Shown piece after piece: positions 13,929 to 25,952 of a stretch of 64,000 bases of DNA. Under the pieces are notes generated by a model that saw only the letters and a list, made by a program, of their open reading frames with translations, had not been told where the DNA came from and did no database searches. Numbering within the stretch: the stretch's first letter is position 1; each line of letters starts with the position of its first letter. Made by a program: the position numbers and the translations under genes. The stretch lies in NCBI GenBank assembly GCA_030248215.1, contig JASANG010003130.1:124001-188000 (forward strand), written 5' to 3'. This DNA comes from Enoplolaimus lenunculus (Eukaryota).

Positions 13929-14171
13929 TTAATAGACACCAAACAAAAGACCGAAACCTAAGCGCCGACACGTACTTGGCCGACGCCTAATCTTCAACTT
14001 TTCATAGCACCAGACGTACAAGTATTGTAATTTGCCACTGTGATAGCATCGAGCGTTCCAATTGTGCGCTGTATAGGGTTGTCGTTGCATGTACGGTTGA
14101 ATTTGAATTGAATCAGCACTGGCCAGCAGCGATGCCACTGTGGTGCCGTCTCCACCTTGATACAACGCCAT
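13929..14171 (-). pseudogene. Degenerate gag remnant with dead zinc knuckle (CYHSGKLQYLYVWC)
   Basis: Exact C-X2-C-X4-H-X4-C spacing at 14007-14048. S (AGT) and Y (TAC) are each one substitution from C (TGT) and H (CAC). Same strand as the element. Confidence 0.55.
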
Positions 14172-16602
14172 AAATAATCAATTGTGAAGATTCACGAGTT
14201 AGTGTCGCCCGCAAAGCGCTGGTGTCCCACAATTGCCGGAATACCTGGAATACGTCAAGGACAATCCACAATCGTCGTATTTGTTTATAGTTTACTCCGG
14301 CATCGGTTGACTACGAGCATACTGTAATTAAAATGTGAATTACAATAATTTATAAGCAACCTTTATAAATCCATTTCTCATAATCTGGGCGGTCTTTTGA
14401 AAAATTTACACATTCGAAATGAAACCGTCCTTTCGGCTGGGGTGACTTAGATATGCGAAAATTCTACCGGAGTGAATGTATAATTTTTGCAATAATTTCT
14501 TCGGCAAATTTTGTTATTTCGACCTGGCATGTGAAGGTAAATTAAAGTTTGATTATCTCTGTCAATCGTATGACGTGGGAAAATACTTCATATTTCAAGC
14601 CTAGCCGCGCCATGTACGCCCAGGGGACCAAGACAGTTTTGACTTTTGACCAGACCAAATCATGCAAATTTATTTGATTCTTTTGTGTTTTATTAACTTT
14701 TTGTGATATTCGAGTCGCCTGAGGTCCTTTTTATCTGAATGCTCGGTTCGCTCTTCTCTCAGGTTCGCTCCGAAAAGTCTTTAGTTGAAACATTTCTTAA
14801 CATTAGTAAATTAGTATTTTGTGCATTTGCATTAATTTGCAATATTAATAAAGCTATATTTTCTTGCAAAGTCTCTGGTTCTGGGCCACACTACACTTGT
14901 ACGTCGTGACGCTTTCGTATGGGAACGTGAAAATATTATTGTCAAACGACGCGTAACTAGCAAAAGTTTTCATGAACAAAATAATTCGAAACCTCATCCA
15001 CTACAGTTTGTTGTTAAATAGTATGTACATGCGAACGGTTATTAAGCAGTTGTATGCTTGGTAAGTATTAAAATATTGAGATCACAATTCAGATCGTACG
15101 TAACTATACTTATGATAGTTATAACAATTTAAACACAACTCACTCAATGTCTATTGTTCATCCTTCAACTTATATTCTTCGTCAAATTCGGATATTCTTA
15201 TACCTAGTTCCTATGCATAAAAAAACAATCTCTCATGCACGTGTCTGCAACCTATTGAACACTATGTATTTGTTAAATATGTATCATGCTTTGTTGATGT
15301 TGTTTTAAACCCTTATTCTTCTGCAACGCCAGGAGCAAAGGTGGGGACTAGTGCGAAAACAGTCACCCGGTAGCAGCAAACTCCCCGGTTTCGGGATCTT
15401 TCCCCCCTTCTTTACCAGCCTAGTCAGGGTACGCGTTAAGTGGACGACGCATAATGTTTATGATTCCGGAATTATATACCGATTCCTTACCCGAAAGAGA
15501 GGTCAGGCTAATGCCTAGTCCAACCCCCCTTCCGGGTTACGCATAACCTAACAGGAAAAAGAAGGAAATATAGGTGGGGAACACTGGCCCGGCACGTGCT
15601 TGGCCCAGCCAGTATTCCCCGCATTAACTAAAAGAAGAAAGAAAAACAAAATAAAAAGTTTCATTTCATTATAAATATCGCCAGATATACACAAGTGCTG
15701 CACTTTTGCCTGATATATGCACTTCCAAATTCTGATATACAGCTTGATAGGTAAACATAGCAACCGCATTTCTCCGTAATATTCACGTTTAAATGTCCTT
15801 TTTCACTTTGACATTAGATTATGTGTGAAAAGGAGAATGCTAGGTCGGGCTCATGCCGAGTCCAACCCAACATCCTCCCTCATGTTAGCTGAAAACACAC
15901 AATAGTTAGTTACACAAACCTTACACGCTGACATTTTTGTGCGCTATCTTAATTTAAACACAATTTATACAATCATTATCCAATTCCCTATTCGAATCCC
16001 TTAATATCATAGAACTTTAAATTCCGCCATCAAAAATTTTCAACCGATTCCTTTTATAGGCTGGTAAAGAACATTGCTCTAAATTTCTCAGACAACAAAT
16101 CAAATTTACTTACACCGGTTTTGGACTAGATTCCTCCGACGCCTGATCCCCTTCTTCCGCCCCTGGAATGTCCTGATACGTTGGCGGCTTCTTTTGTTGT
16201 TCTATGTCACGTTGCCGTTTAGCCGCCGCTTCCTTCCAGAAAATTGCCTCGTCTTTTGACATTTTCGTTTCCTTCTGCGGCATACTGGGTTCCGGGTGTT
16301 TTGATGCGACCCGGGCGTGCTTGCCAAGTCGCTGCGGATGTCGAGATACGCCTCTCTTGCGTTTCTCGCGTTTTTCAGCCTGGCGTTGCTGAAACCCAAA
16401 AACAATCTCATAAAGTAAAATCCACTTAACTTACGCGTTTCGGACTTGATGTTAAAATAGGGGTAGAATTCCCCAAGTTAGTATCAAAAGCAGCTAAAAT
16501 TCTATTATAAGCTTTAAGCAACATTTACTACCTATCGACATTCTTTACCTTACGCATATCCATTTCCGACACACCGCGAGTCCGAGATAGAACATGAACA
16601 GA

Positions 16603-16616
16603 CGGAGTAGCCCCCA
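16603..16616 (-). other. Primer-binding site TGGGGGCTACTCCG (tRNA-Pro-like)
   Basis: Starts with TGG directly after the 5' LTR. 12/14 match to the classical tRNA-Pro PBS TGGGGGCTCGTCCG. Confidence 0.75.
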
Positions 16617-18473
16617 TATAAGGTAGGTTACCCTGGATCGAAAGTCCTTGCCACCCATCCTTGGCGGGTACTCCTTATGGTTTGATCGAGGTTGGCTACT
16701 GTGTCTAGTTATGCTACTCCGCCCGATCACGTCCGGGATGGGTTTCCCATCTTGGGCTCGCAGTGTCTACACCATCTGAACGCAAATATCTATCGTCACC
16801 GGATTATTGAATAAAATATAGCGCACAATTCCATTTGGTAAAAGTTACTCGCCGGCTGCAAGCCGGCGAACGCTCCCAAAACGCAACTTATCCCGAAAAA
16901 CATTTGGGGCTAGGAGACTCTTATCCTCGCGCATTCCTGCCCCCAGGTAAGATTTCTGACCACCGCGGCAAAATTGCATTGACCATCCAGTGGGCAGGCA
17001 AAATTCGGAGTCCGGGGAAAAATAAATTCTTGGTAAAAAGGATTTGGTCAAAAAGGAAAAAGAAAAATGGGGACCCGCACTGCCTATTCTTGAAGCTGTA
17101 GAAATTTTTACTATACTCAACAATCATTCAATACTCAGCGCTCAAAAATCACCCGGAAAAAGAAAAATGAAAAAGGAAAAAGAAAAATACCCATCCCCAG
17201 TCCGGACACGATAACAAATTCCGACCCAGACCTGCCCGGTAGCTACCCGCGCGAGCCTGAGTCCGAAATAACGAAAACATTCCCGTCCTGCGGGAATCCA
17301 ACAAAAACAGTGGCGCGCCAATTCGGTAAAACAGCAGTCTCAAAATCAATACTGAAACAGAATTTTTAAACACACTCCAAAATCGTTGGGCCATTATCCT
17401 TTACAGAATTGAACACCTATAGTTTATTATAAAGCCAGAATTTGATGACACTTTATGAATTATCCGTCACATATTTATATCATACGTGGAAAACTGAATG
17501 CAATTGGGTTAAAACCTCGGTTGAGTCAGACTCGCACAACCGGAGTCTAACCCGCTTCGGCCTCGCCCAACCGGAGTCTAACCCGCCTCGGCCTCGCAAT
17601 TGAAAAATTTTCACAGATAACGATAACGTTATTTCAATTCACAGATAGAAAAATTTTGAGCAACCCGCACCTGGGGAGCCCGTAACTTGCTCGTACCGGC
17701 CCATCCGGTGCGACCACTATCCCCTAGAAAGGTAGTCTAGTACAGTTCCCATTATAGTAACAATGCCTAAACAAAACTCATCAACACGAAAACCATTTTT
17801 AAACACGATGACTCATACTCCAGTCAAAAGTAAAAACAAAACCGCAGGCCAGTTCTTTTGCGTTATTCAACGCCCACCAGTTATGAAACTGATCAAAAAT
17901 CCCAATACCATACAATACGTGTCGAATGACATAACAAAAATATAAACATACACCTTAAAGTAGCTATCAACCATATGCAAATTCTTTTCAGCCAATGTTT
18001 TTCTGAACATTAGTTCTACAATTCCGTGGGAAGTGGCACAAAGAAATTCAATCTTTCCAGACACCACTGATACTCGCTGTAGCTGAGAATAAGCACAGCG
18101 GAGGCAACGGATAAAAAACCAAGGAATTCTGGCATGTTTCAAATGACCCAGTAAACAATAGTGGAGTTGTGCAGAAACTGTACTTGGCCTAGACATGTAC
18201 ACAAGGCTCAATTCTACTCCGCTTAAACTTTCAGCAGCCTGCACCCTCCGTCCAAACTCTTAGTTCTCACTTTCAAAACCACCAAAACTCTTGCCTGCCG
18301 AATACTACACCCAGGGGTCACACACTTCGATCCCCCAGGTGAGCAACAGCTAACGGCTTTACAAACTAATAAGCTGGTGGCTTCGGGCCCAAACGCTAAA
18401 ATTCAGCGTCCCTCGGGCTTTTTCAAAAATACTTCCAACTTAGCGGATTCACGGATCCAGTGGTATCCCTACA
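16617..18473 (-). repeat. 5' LTR (TGTAGGG...CCTTATA)
   Basis: Near-identical to 11369-13224 (about 10 differences seen by eye, including a 1-bp indel). Immediately followed by the PBS. Confidence 0.93.
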
Positions 18474-19219
18474 ATCTTGTGCTCTGCAAATCAAAAACAA
18501 TTGAATTCAAACTAGTTACTAAACTAACTCAAGTTTTTAGCAGTTTACTAGTTTTAAATGCATTTGTTTTTTTGCTGACTGGCACTACCTTTCTGTGTAC
18601 CCTCGATCATTGGTTTGTTCTTTGTTCCTTTCTGTTATTAGTATTTATTTACCTCATTCATATGTTTTTAGGTTTGTATAGGTTGTGTATACACCTGTTG
18701 CTATGTGAGCTTAAACACTGGAGTATTAAAGAAGCGTTGTATATATGAGTCATATGTATGAAACCAAGGACCAACATATACTTATGATTGCGCTATATAT
18801 GGCTGTGTCGGACTCCGGGCGCCGCTACACGCCGCTATGCGTTGCTAACTAAAGTTAAGGCAAAACTAATTTGGTGGCTCGCAGTGTCATGCGGCGGCGT
18901 CCGGCGATGCACGGCGAGCATTGTGCAACTCTAGACGTCTAAAGCTTAGTGCCGTCCTAAGCTTGTGGCTTTACTCAGGAGTAGACTCTGAAAGCCAAGC
19001 CTGAAAACCAACATTTTTCGGGAACAGCTACCAAATATCTGGTAAAATTGTTACATTAAACATTTTAACAATCTTGATTTGTTTCAAATACGGCTTCACT
19101 GGCGACTCCGGCTCCGGCAAATAACGCACGTCTTCGGCTCTGGTATTTTCCACCTCCGGTTTCACGCTGGTTGTCTGAGCTAAACAGCTGTAAAATATTT
19201 CGCGCCTGTTACAAAAATT

Positions 19220-19374
19220 GGCCAATGTTACATTAGAGGCGTAACAGTATATTAAGCGTATTCCTAAACCTACGCCTAAGCCTAACCTAAGCAGAAAATT
19301 TTAAGCAAGAATGTAAACCTTTTCTTTTATAGACCCACCAGAAATTTGGACGCCCCTTAAATTAACATGGGGCC
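19220..19374. mobile_element. Merlin-like MITE family E copy
   Basis: GGCCAATGTTAC...AACATGGGGCC ends. Perfect TSD CAAAAATT. Internal GCCTAAGCCTAA. Confidence 0.8.
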
Positions 19375-19745
19375 CAAAAATTTAACAAAGTTTCCTTGTG
19401 TGATTAGGCAATCGTGAAACATCAAAGCATTCTTTCAAAAACTGTGAAATTTCAAAACACAAAAAACATCCTACTGTTCTTAAAAGTCTTCGATTCTTCA
19501 GGAAGTTGGTTTCGTTGCTTCGGCAGGGTGCATACCGTTTATTGAAAATTGAACTTTAATTTTTCATGTAATAAATTTTGCTAGCAAGGGTTGCCGTCTG
19601 GCCTTCATAGAAGTACACGAGTGTAGGTATAGAGTCAATCCGGGTGCTTGTGAATTCAAGATGTGGTACACTCCGCCTCACAGTCATTAGTTTTCAAATT
19701 TATACGTGGATTTTAGGTTTAGGCGTAGTGTTTTGTACCGGCACC

Positions 19746-19921
19746 CAATGGCGGATCCATGGGGGGGGCCACCCCGGCCGTGGCCCCCCTCAACAGCATC
19801 TCGACAAAAATTATATAGCAGTTTTATGGCAATAGTTCGTGGTTTGTGTGTGGGTGAAAAAATTAGTTTATAACCTGTGAAATTTTGGCCCCCCCATTTT
19901 GAAATCCTGGATCCGCCACTG
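19746..19921. mobile_element. hAT-like MITE family B (CA(A/G)TGGCGGATCCA TIR)
   Basis: 14-bp TIR and perfect 8-bp TSD CCGGCACC. Confidence 0.85.
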
Positions 19922-20674
19922 CCGGCACCTGTACTACATAAAATATGAAAATATGAAAACATTTTGGTATAGCTTTGGCTGGTTAATGAAGTATTCAAAA
20001 GCGAAGGCAAAGTCATATTCTGAGAAACTGGCGTTTTACTTTGGAGCGTCAACAACGCCACCCCGCAGCTTGGAATTGTGCATAGAAGGGGTAAGGAAAT
20101 AACATTCTAGAGATTGCAAGGAAATAACATTCTAGAGATTGCAAGGAAATATTATTTTCATAGCACAGAATTTTTTGCATTAAAAAGTTTTTCGAAACGC
20201 TGGCGAAGATATCCGTATGGCGGAGCATCCCTCGTCCAGCTGCGGATCCAGCAGTTTCTGACGGAAGCGGCGGGTTGGAAACGTTATGAATCGCAGTGTC
20301 TACTGTATGCTATAAAGGTTGTATGCCATTGGGAGGCAAAAATTGTAAGGCTGGGAACTTATCATTATATCACAAAAAATTGTGATAGGAGGCGTACACC
20401 CCACCCAACCCCTCTGTATCCGCTAGTACCCTCGTCCAACCGTAGTTGCGACCTTGCCACAACTTTCTCTTCTGTGTTTACCTAAGCATACCGTAAATCG
20501 GGGGCATTTAACTCAATTGTCTGTGAAGTAATTTCAGTGCTGGCCAGAGACTGGTTTGTGTTGATTCCGGTTAAACATTGACACAAGCATTTTTTCAGTT
20601 CTAAAAATGGTTGGTTTAAGCTTCGCAGGCAATTAAACAGTTACACTTAAACCACCGTAGCTCACGCAGTCTTG

Positions 20675-20822
20675 GGCTCATGTATAGAACTCGGCCGGAA
20701 CAGTAGTATAAGCATATTCATAAGCCTAAGCCTAAGCCTAAGCAAAAAAATAGTCTAAAGCGTAAATTGACTCTATTATACCACCTCCAGAAAACGATCC
20801 GACACTGTTCTATACATGGGCC
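20675..20822. mobile_element. GGC-ended MITE family F containing (TAAGCC)n
   Basis: TIR GGC(T/C)CATGTATAGAAC. Internal TAAGCCTAAGCCTAAGCCTAAGC. Related copies at about 2340-2415, 2860-2980, 10610-10710, 32687-32824, 42280-42460 and 43650-43840. TSDs are degenerate. Confidence 0.65.
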
Positions 20823-22936
20823 CAGACGTTTCAGTACGTGAAATGTCGTGCTTAGGGCTGCGCTAAAGCTTTCTGCGCTCCACGCGCCGTCAAACGCCAC
20901 TGCACGCCACCGTACGTCGCAAATAAAAGTAAATTTATGATTCGACGCATGGCGGCGTGCAGCGACGTTCCTTCTGAAAATTGCTCACATGACTCACGGC
21001 ACCGCGTCACACAGTCAAGTTTGAATTAGAAATTGCTTGGTAATTGACTTTTCAGTATTCGTCTATGTTTAATGTTTGCGCAGGGCCGTACGTATAGCTC
21101 GACATAACTTAGTGGCAGAAGCCCTCACAAGGGCGTCCACATGGGGGAATTGGGGGCGTCCCCCCTAAATAGACTTGGTCTAAAAGTAAACAATCTTGAA
21201 TTGCAATTGTAGGCTATCCTAAAATTATCCGGTTCCTCTCAAATATAATTTTCTACGGACGCCCCTGATCCATCTGCAGAATTTCTAGAGACGTTGAAAA
21301 CGGCACTTTTGAACGCTTCAGAATAAACCTGCTAGATTCCGAGCCCGACTTCTCAGATGTGTGTAGCGCCTCTATAACCAGTTGGTAATAGATGTTGTAA
21401 CTTTCGAACCAGTGAATGCTGATTCTCAAAAGCCACATTTTTCACATATGATTTGCTGTAATGTAGTGACCCGAATAAGAGGGGGGACTGATATTTATTT
21501 GGCCTCTCCAGTGGGTACCCTCCTCTTGTTATTCGGTTACGGACTGTTATTTATTTTTAACCCACGCTATGTCGCCCTTCGTTACTGATATATCCGGTAT
21601 ATACTGCAATTATCCGTTGAATTAAACGTTTATTTGTCTTGTGTCAATAGCTTGAGTGATAATACATGGATATACTTAGGAATACACTTTCAAAATTTAA
21701 GTACGCTTTAAAGTTTCGAACTCAAATTATTTGGTCCTGGAGTCATTTATGCGCTATTATAAGGGTTAATTGACATTTATAGACTCTAATTAGGGTTTAG
21801 GGACTCTATCCACTTACGGACTCTTATCAGGGATACGGACTCTTATTGATTCGGACTCAAAATGGGAACCCTACTTTTATTACTCCCCTCTTAGTACTGT
21901 TATACACCAATTTTGAGTTCAATAACTGTAACAGTTAATGCGTTAGAAAACCTATGTCTAAACTGATGATAGTTGCTATACACATTTGAGAATATGGGCC
22001 CTGGAGTCTGACCAAATGTCTCTACTGGTTTCGCAGAGAAATCATGTCGATACACATGGTTGATAAAGCAGGCACGTAGCCAGCTCAACTTGCTAGAGGG
22101 CTAAACAATTTTCAGGAGGAGCATTCAAAGGTTTTAATGACTTCAAGGTTGAAAATCCGGAAGGACCAACATTTTTCCGGAGGGAGACTGAGTCCCCCCT
22201 GCCCCACTTGGCTACTGGCTTGTGAGAGAGAGAATTATCTCAGTTTTATTTAACAAAATCTCGTAAACGACATAGTACGCGTGCAATCTGCGCAATAATT
22301 GCCATATTGCAAACTGTTTTTTTGTTCAGTTTTAACTGCAGTCTGTTGCTGTGAATAGCAATAAGTATATATGCATATATATTTACACTTATCAATATTC
22401 TACATAGGTCTCTATATGTATGTACAATAGATATAAACACGAGGTGCATACAAGTACCAGAGCGAAGCGGGTCCGTATCAAGGGGGCCTGCACTAGCGGA
22501 TTCAGAGGGGTGTGGGGGTACGCTCCCCATCGTCTGAATTTTTTTGTTTTAATATGTTAAATTCCACTTTACAATTTTTGACAATTTTTGCCGCAGAATA
22601 TTTTTGTGATGGTAAGGTACCTTACAATTTTTTGCCCTCAGAAAATTTTTTGGTGATAAAATGATAAGGCCCCCCATACCTTACAATTTTTGCGTAAGCG
22701 TCCGGGGGACTAGAGAAGGCAAGCCTCTGGCGACTAGAAAAGAAGATAAGCGTCTGGGGGACTAGAGAAGGTAAGCCGTCTCTTTGTTATGCCTTTATTC
22801 GGTCAAATCCTATTGTTTGTTTAAAAGCCCCGATTATTGTACATTTTGTTCACATTCAAAGATAAGGCTGAGATTTAGGTGCTAAAGTTAATGCTTACGT
22901 TTAGGTTTAGGTAAACTTTTCCTTAAACCTGAGCCT

Positions 22937-23243
22937 GAGCCTAAGCTTAAACTTGTGGGGAAGTGAACGCTAAGCTTCCGTTTGTCCACAATGCATGCAA
23001 GCGTAAGCGCTAAATTTTTTCTAAACTGAACGGCCAAAATTGGAAATTAGTATTTGACATGAGACAACAAAAGTAAATGAGCGACGCCACGAGCCTAAGC
23101 TTAAACTTGTGGGGAAGTGAAAGCTAAGCTTCCTTTTGTCCAGAATGCATGCAAGCGTAAGCGCTAATTTTTTCTAAACTGAACGGCCAAAATTGGAAAT
23201 TAGTATTCGACATGAGACAACAAAAGTAAATGAGCAACGCCAC
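22937..23243. repeat. 154-bp tandem duplication (2 copies)
   Basis: GAGCCTAAGCTTAAACTTGTGGGG... starts at 22937 and again at 23091, with few mismatches. Confidence 0.9.
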
Positions 23244-25536
23244 CGGACTTGTCATAAAATTGCTCAGAGTATGCGACTGTTAAACCCAACCAGGCCCGCG
23301 GCCACGTCTCCCCCATGGACTACGGGTCCGAACCCAGTCCATCCTTGATTGGTGCCAGGAATGTAACCAGAACTTCAGTTCGGAAGGTATAAACCTCATC
23401 AAAAAGAAAATTTTTGACCGATAATGATGCAGGTATCTCTAAAACCTGTTAAAAGGCCTTTTTTGTTATCTGTACAGATGTTTCGGTAGGGAATACATCC
23501 TTGTTTTACCTCTCCTTGAAATGCGCCCAATTGGTATTCTTGTTTACATAAATTACAGCCCTGGAAGTGAAACACCAATATATGCATGCGCACGTCAGGC
23601 CCGTAGCCAGCTCACCTTGGTAGCAACGGTTTTCGATGACTTACAAGCAAGGCTAAAAATTTTCTACAGGGGTCAAAATTTTTCCAGGGAGGCTGAGCCC
23701 CCCTGCCCCCTCTTGGTTACGGGATATTTTGTCTCTGAATAATATATAAATATAAATATATATGTATATTGCATATTCGCAATTCATAGCTGTGAAAATA
23801 TTTGCAGTCGCGTAATGTGTTAAGTATTGTATATTTTATACTGCAGTTGTTCATGCTCATGCTATAATCAAAGTAGCGGTAACGTCTTAATAATATGTGG
23901 CATACGTGGAAATATTTGGACTGTTTTATTTCTAGAGAATTTGTGTTTTGAACGCGTTTTTGTTGCTTGCATACGTGCAATCTAAAGAACGACAAGGAGG
24001 GGAAGTGCCCCCTTTCCGGCTGACAACCAAAAAATTTGCTTTGTTAAGCATATTAGCAGGCATAGCAATTTACGGCATGACATTTATTTAAGTGCGTGAC
24101 GTTGGAACGCTAGAAAAATTTCTCCTGCGGCGTTGTTTAAATGTTACCTTTAATAGGAATGCTTCTAGCGAATAGATGGGGTAGAAGGCTCAGCCCACGT
24201 GGATAAATTTTGGACCCCTAAGAAAATTTTCGACCTTGCTTGTAAGGCAACGAACGTTGGCTAAATTTTGGGTCAGGGTGAGAGTAAAGTTGTTAAATTA
24301 AAATACTTAAATTTTAAATTAATTCTCTCTTCATTGATATAATTCATAAAATAAATAACCATATAGCCAGCTTGGCGTCAGATGAGCTCGTTTTTAAATT
24401 AGCCAAAATATTTTAGAAGTGAAAATAATCGAAGTTTTAGAAAATTTTATTGTTAATTTAAATACAACTTTTGTTTCGGAACCAGTCTTACAGATAGCAA
24501 ATGTAGCTAGTTTTGCATTGTTTTCACTGAAGTTATCTCCAATAGCTGACTTTGTAAGCTTCGCCTTCCTTCTGTAACATTAATGATGTCCCTAGCGCTT
24601 TCTCTCTTCGAGTAGCAATCGAGAAAAAAGTTGTAGAATGCCAATACAGCGTGGAAAGTGTTGTTATTTTGATTGGTTCTTTTGAAATGTTTTGTTTCAT
24701 TTTTCGCTAAGCTGAATTAATTTCTGCGTCAGCTAAAAATCGATCAATTTTTTAATTTAAATAATTGCAAAATTCCATTTTACTAATTTTTTACTGCGAA
24801 GTTCTACGATAACAACTGACTGAACACATAAGACAGTGATGGATGGAGAAATTTTTTAACTAGATAGTTGGAGATAGGTATTCACGTTATCTGCTGTATT
24901 TTAGATTTTCATAATCCACGGAAGCGCAATCTACCTTCGATGGTTGATTTTCGGCGATTGTCAAAGTTTTCATTCTATACGAATGAAATCTACTTAATTT
25001 TTATGTCATTTTTTAGTAAAGTATCATAATTTCCACCGACCTAAATTTAATACCGGGATTTTTAATTCCGGTAAATATTTATCGGAACCGGCACCGGAAG
25101 GTCAAAATTTGCCGGAACCGGAATTCCGGTTGCACCCTTATATATTATAAAAAATTTTGCGAGCCAATTAAGCGAGAAGCCAAACACAATTATGGTTGCA
25201 GAAAAGTAAATAAAATTATTAAGGTAGAAAGGGACCTTATCCTTTAGACCTACCAACATATCGGCTCCCCTGCACAAATCTGCACCAGCCTATGCGTGAA
25301 GAATACTGTTGGTCATGTATCATGGGTCTCTTGATTTTATAGGTCGTAAATTTTCAATTTTCTCAAAATGTTTATATTATGCTTAGTTTTTTTACGCGTT
25401 GATTTTTGTTTTAGGTATTTATCTTAGGTTGTTTATAAAATAATATATTAAAAATGCCTTAGCTGACCAGTACATAAAATCATTCGTCAACAAATCCGTC
25501 GTTGGTAATTGTTTTCTAACTAGCAGGTTATCACAT

Positions 25537-25698
25537 AACAATAATAATTGAATTATTTCAATCAACAATATTGAATTATTTCAATTAACAATAATAGTTG
25601 AATTATTTCAATTAACAATAATAATTGAATTATTTCAATCAACAATATTAATTGAATTATTTCAATTAACAATAATAATTGAATTATTTCAATTAATA
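25537..25698. repeat. AT-rich 24-27-bp minisatellite (ACAATAATAATTGAATTATTTCAATTA), about 6 copies
   Basis: Tandem units, each containing the inverted repeat TTGAA-TTAT-TTCAA. Confidence 0.9.
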
Positions 25699-25886
25699 GT
25701 GTTAAATAGGGGTTTCAATAAAAAATATGATAGTGTTCGATGTTTATCAAGTTATGAAAATTTGAAAAATTATTTTAAATTTAAAGTAGACTGTACTAGA
25801 TTGAAATGCCTACTTAACTCTGAGCATAGATGGTGGACAAACTGTAACAAAATTGTCTTCAGTCTTTATAACAAATCTGATGCGAT

Positions 25887-25952
25887 ATGACAACAAAGTA
25901 TTGGAGAGAAGAGCGTGAAGATGATGCTGTATATTCCGTGTATTTGCGGAAG
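25887..25952 (+). CDS. rgl-1: RalGDS-like RalGEF, first coding exon (MTTKYWREEREDDAVYSVYLRK)
   Basis: ATG at 25887 with an upstream in-frame TAA and a TTCAG acceptor ending at 25862. 22 codons end at AAG|GTAAGT (phase 0). Splicing to 44616 gives YSVYLRK|VRYH, matching the conserved RalGDS/RGL N-terminal motif. Absent from the ORF track in this frame. Confidence 0.85.

Larger units (their letters stand above)
11369..18473 (-). mobile_element. Full-length non-autonomous LTR retroelement (LARD-like), 7.1 kb
   Basis: Two direct repeats of about 1856 bp. 5-bp TSD ATCTT at 11364-11368 and 18474-18478. PBS and PPT in the correct positions for the - strand. The 3.4-kb interior has no ORF over 100 aa. 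Confidence 0.93.

Noticed and set aside
11369..18473. Possible assembly or segmental duplication explaining the 1.86-kb repeat
   Set aside because: TSD, PBS, PPT and scattered substitutions between the copies fit a real LTR insertion.
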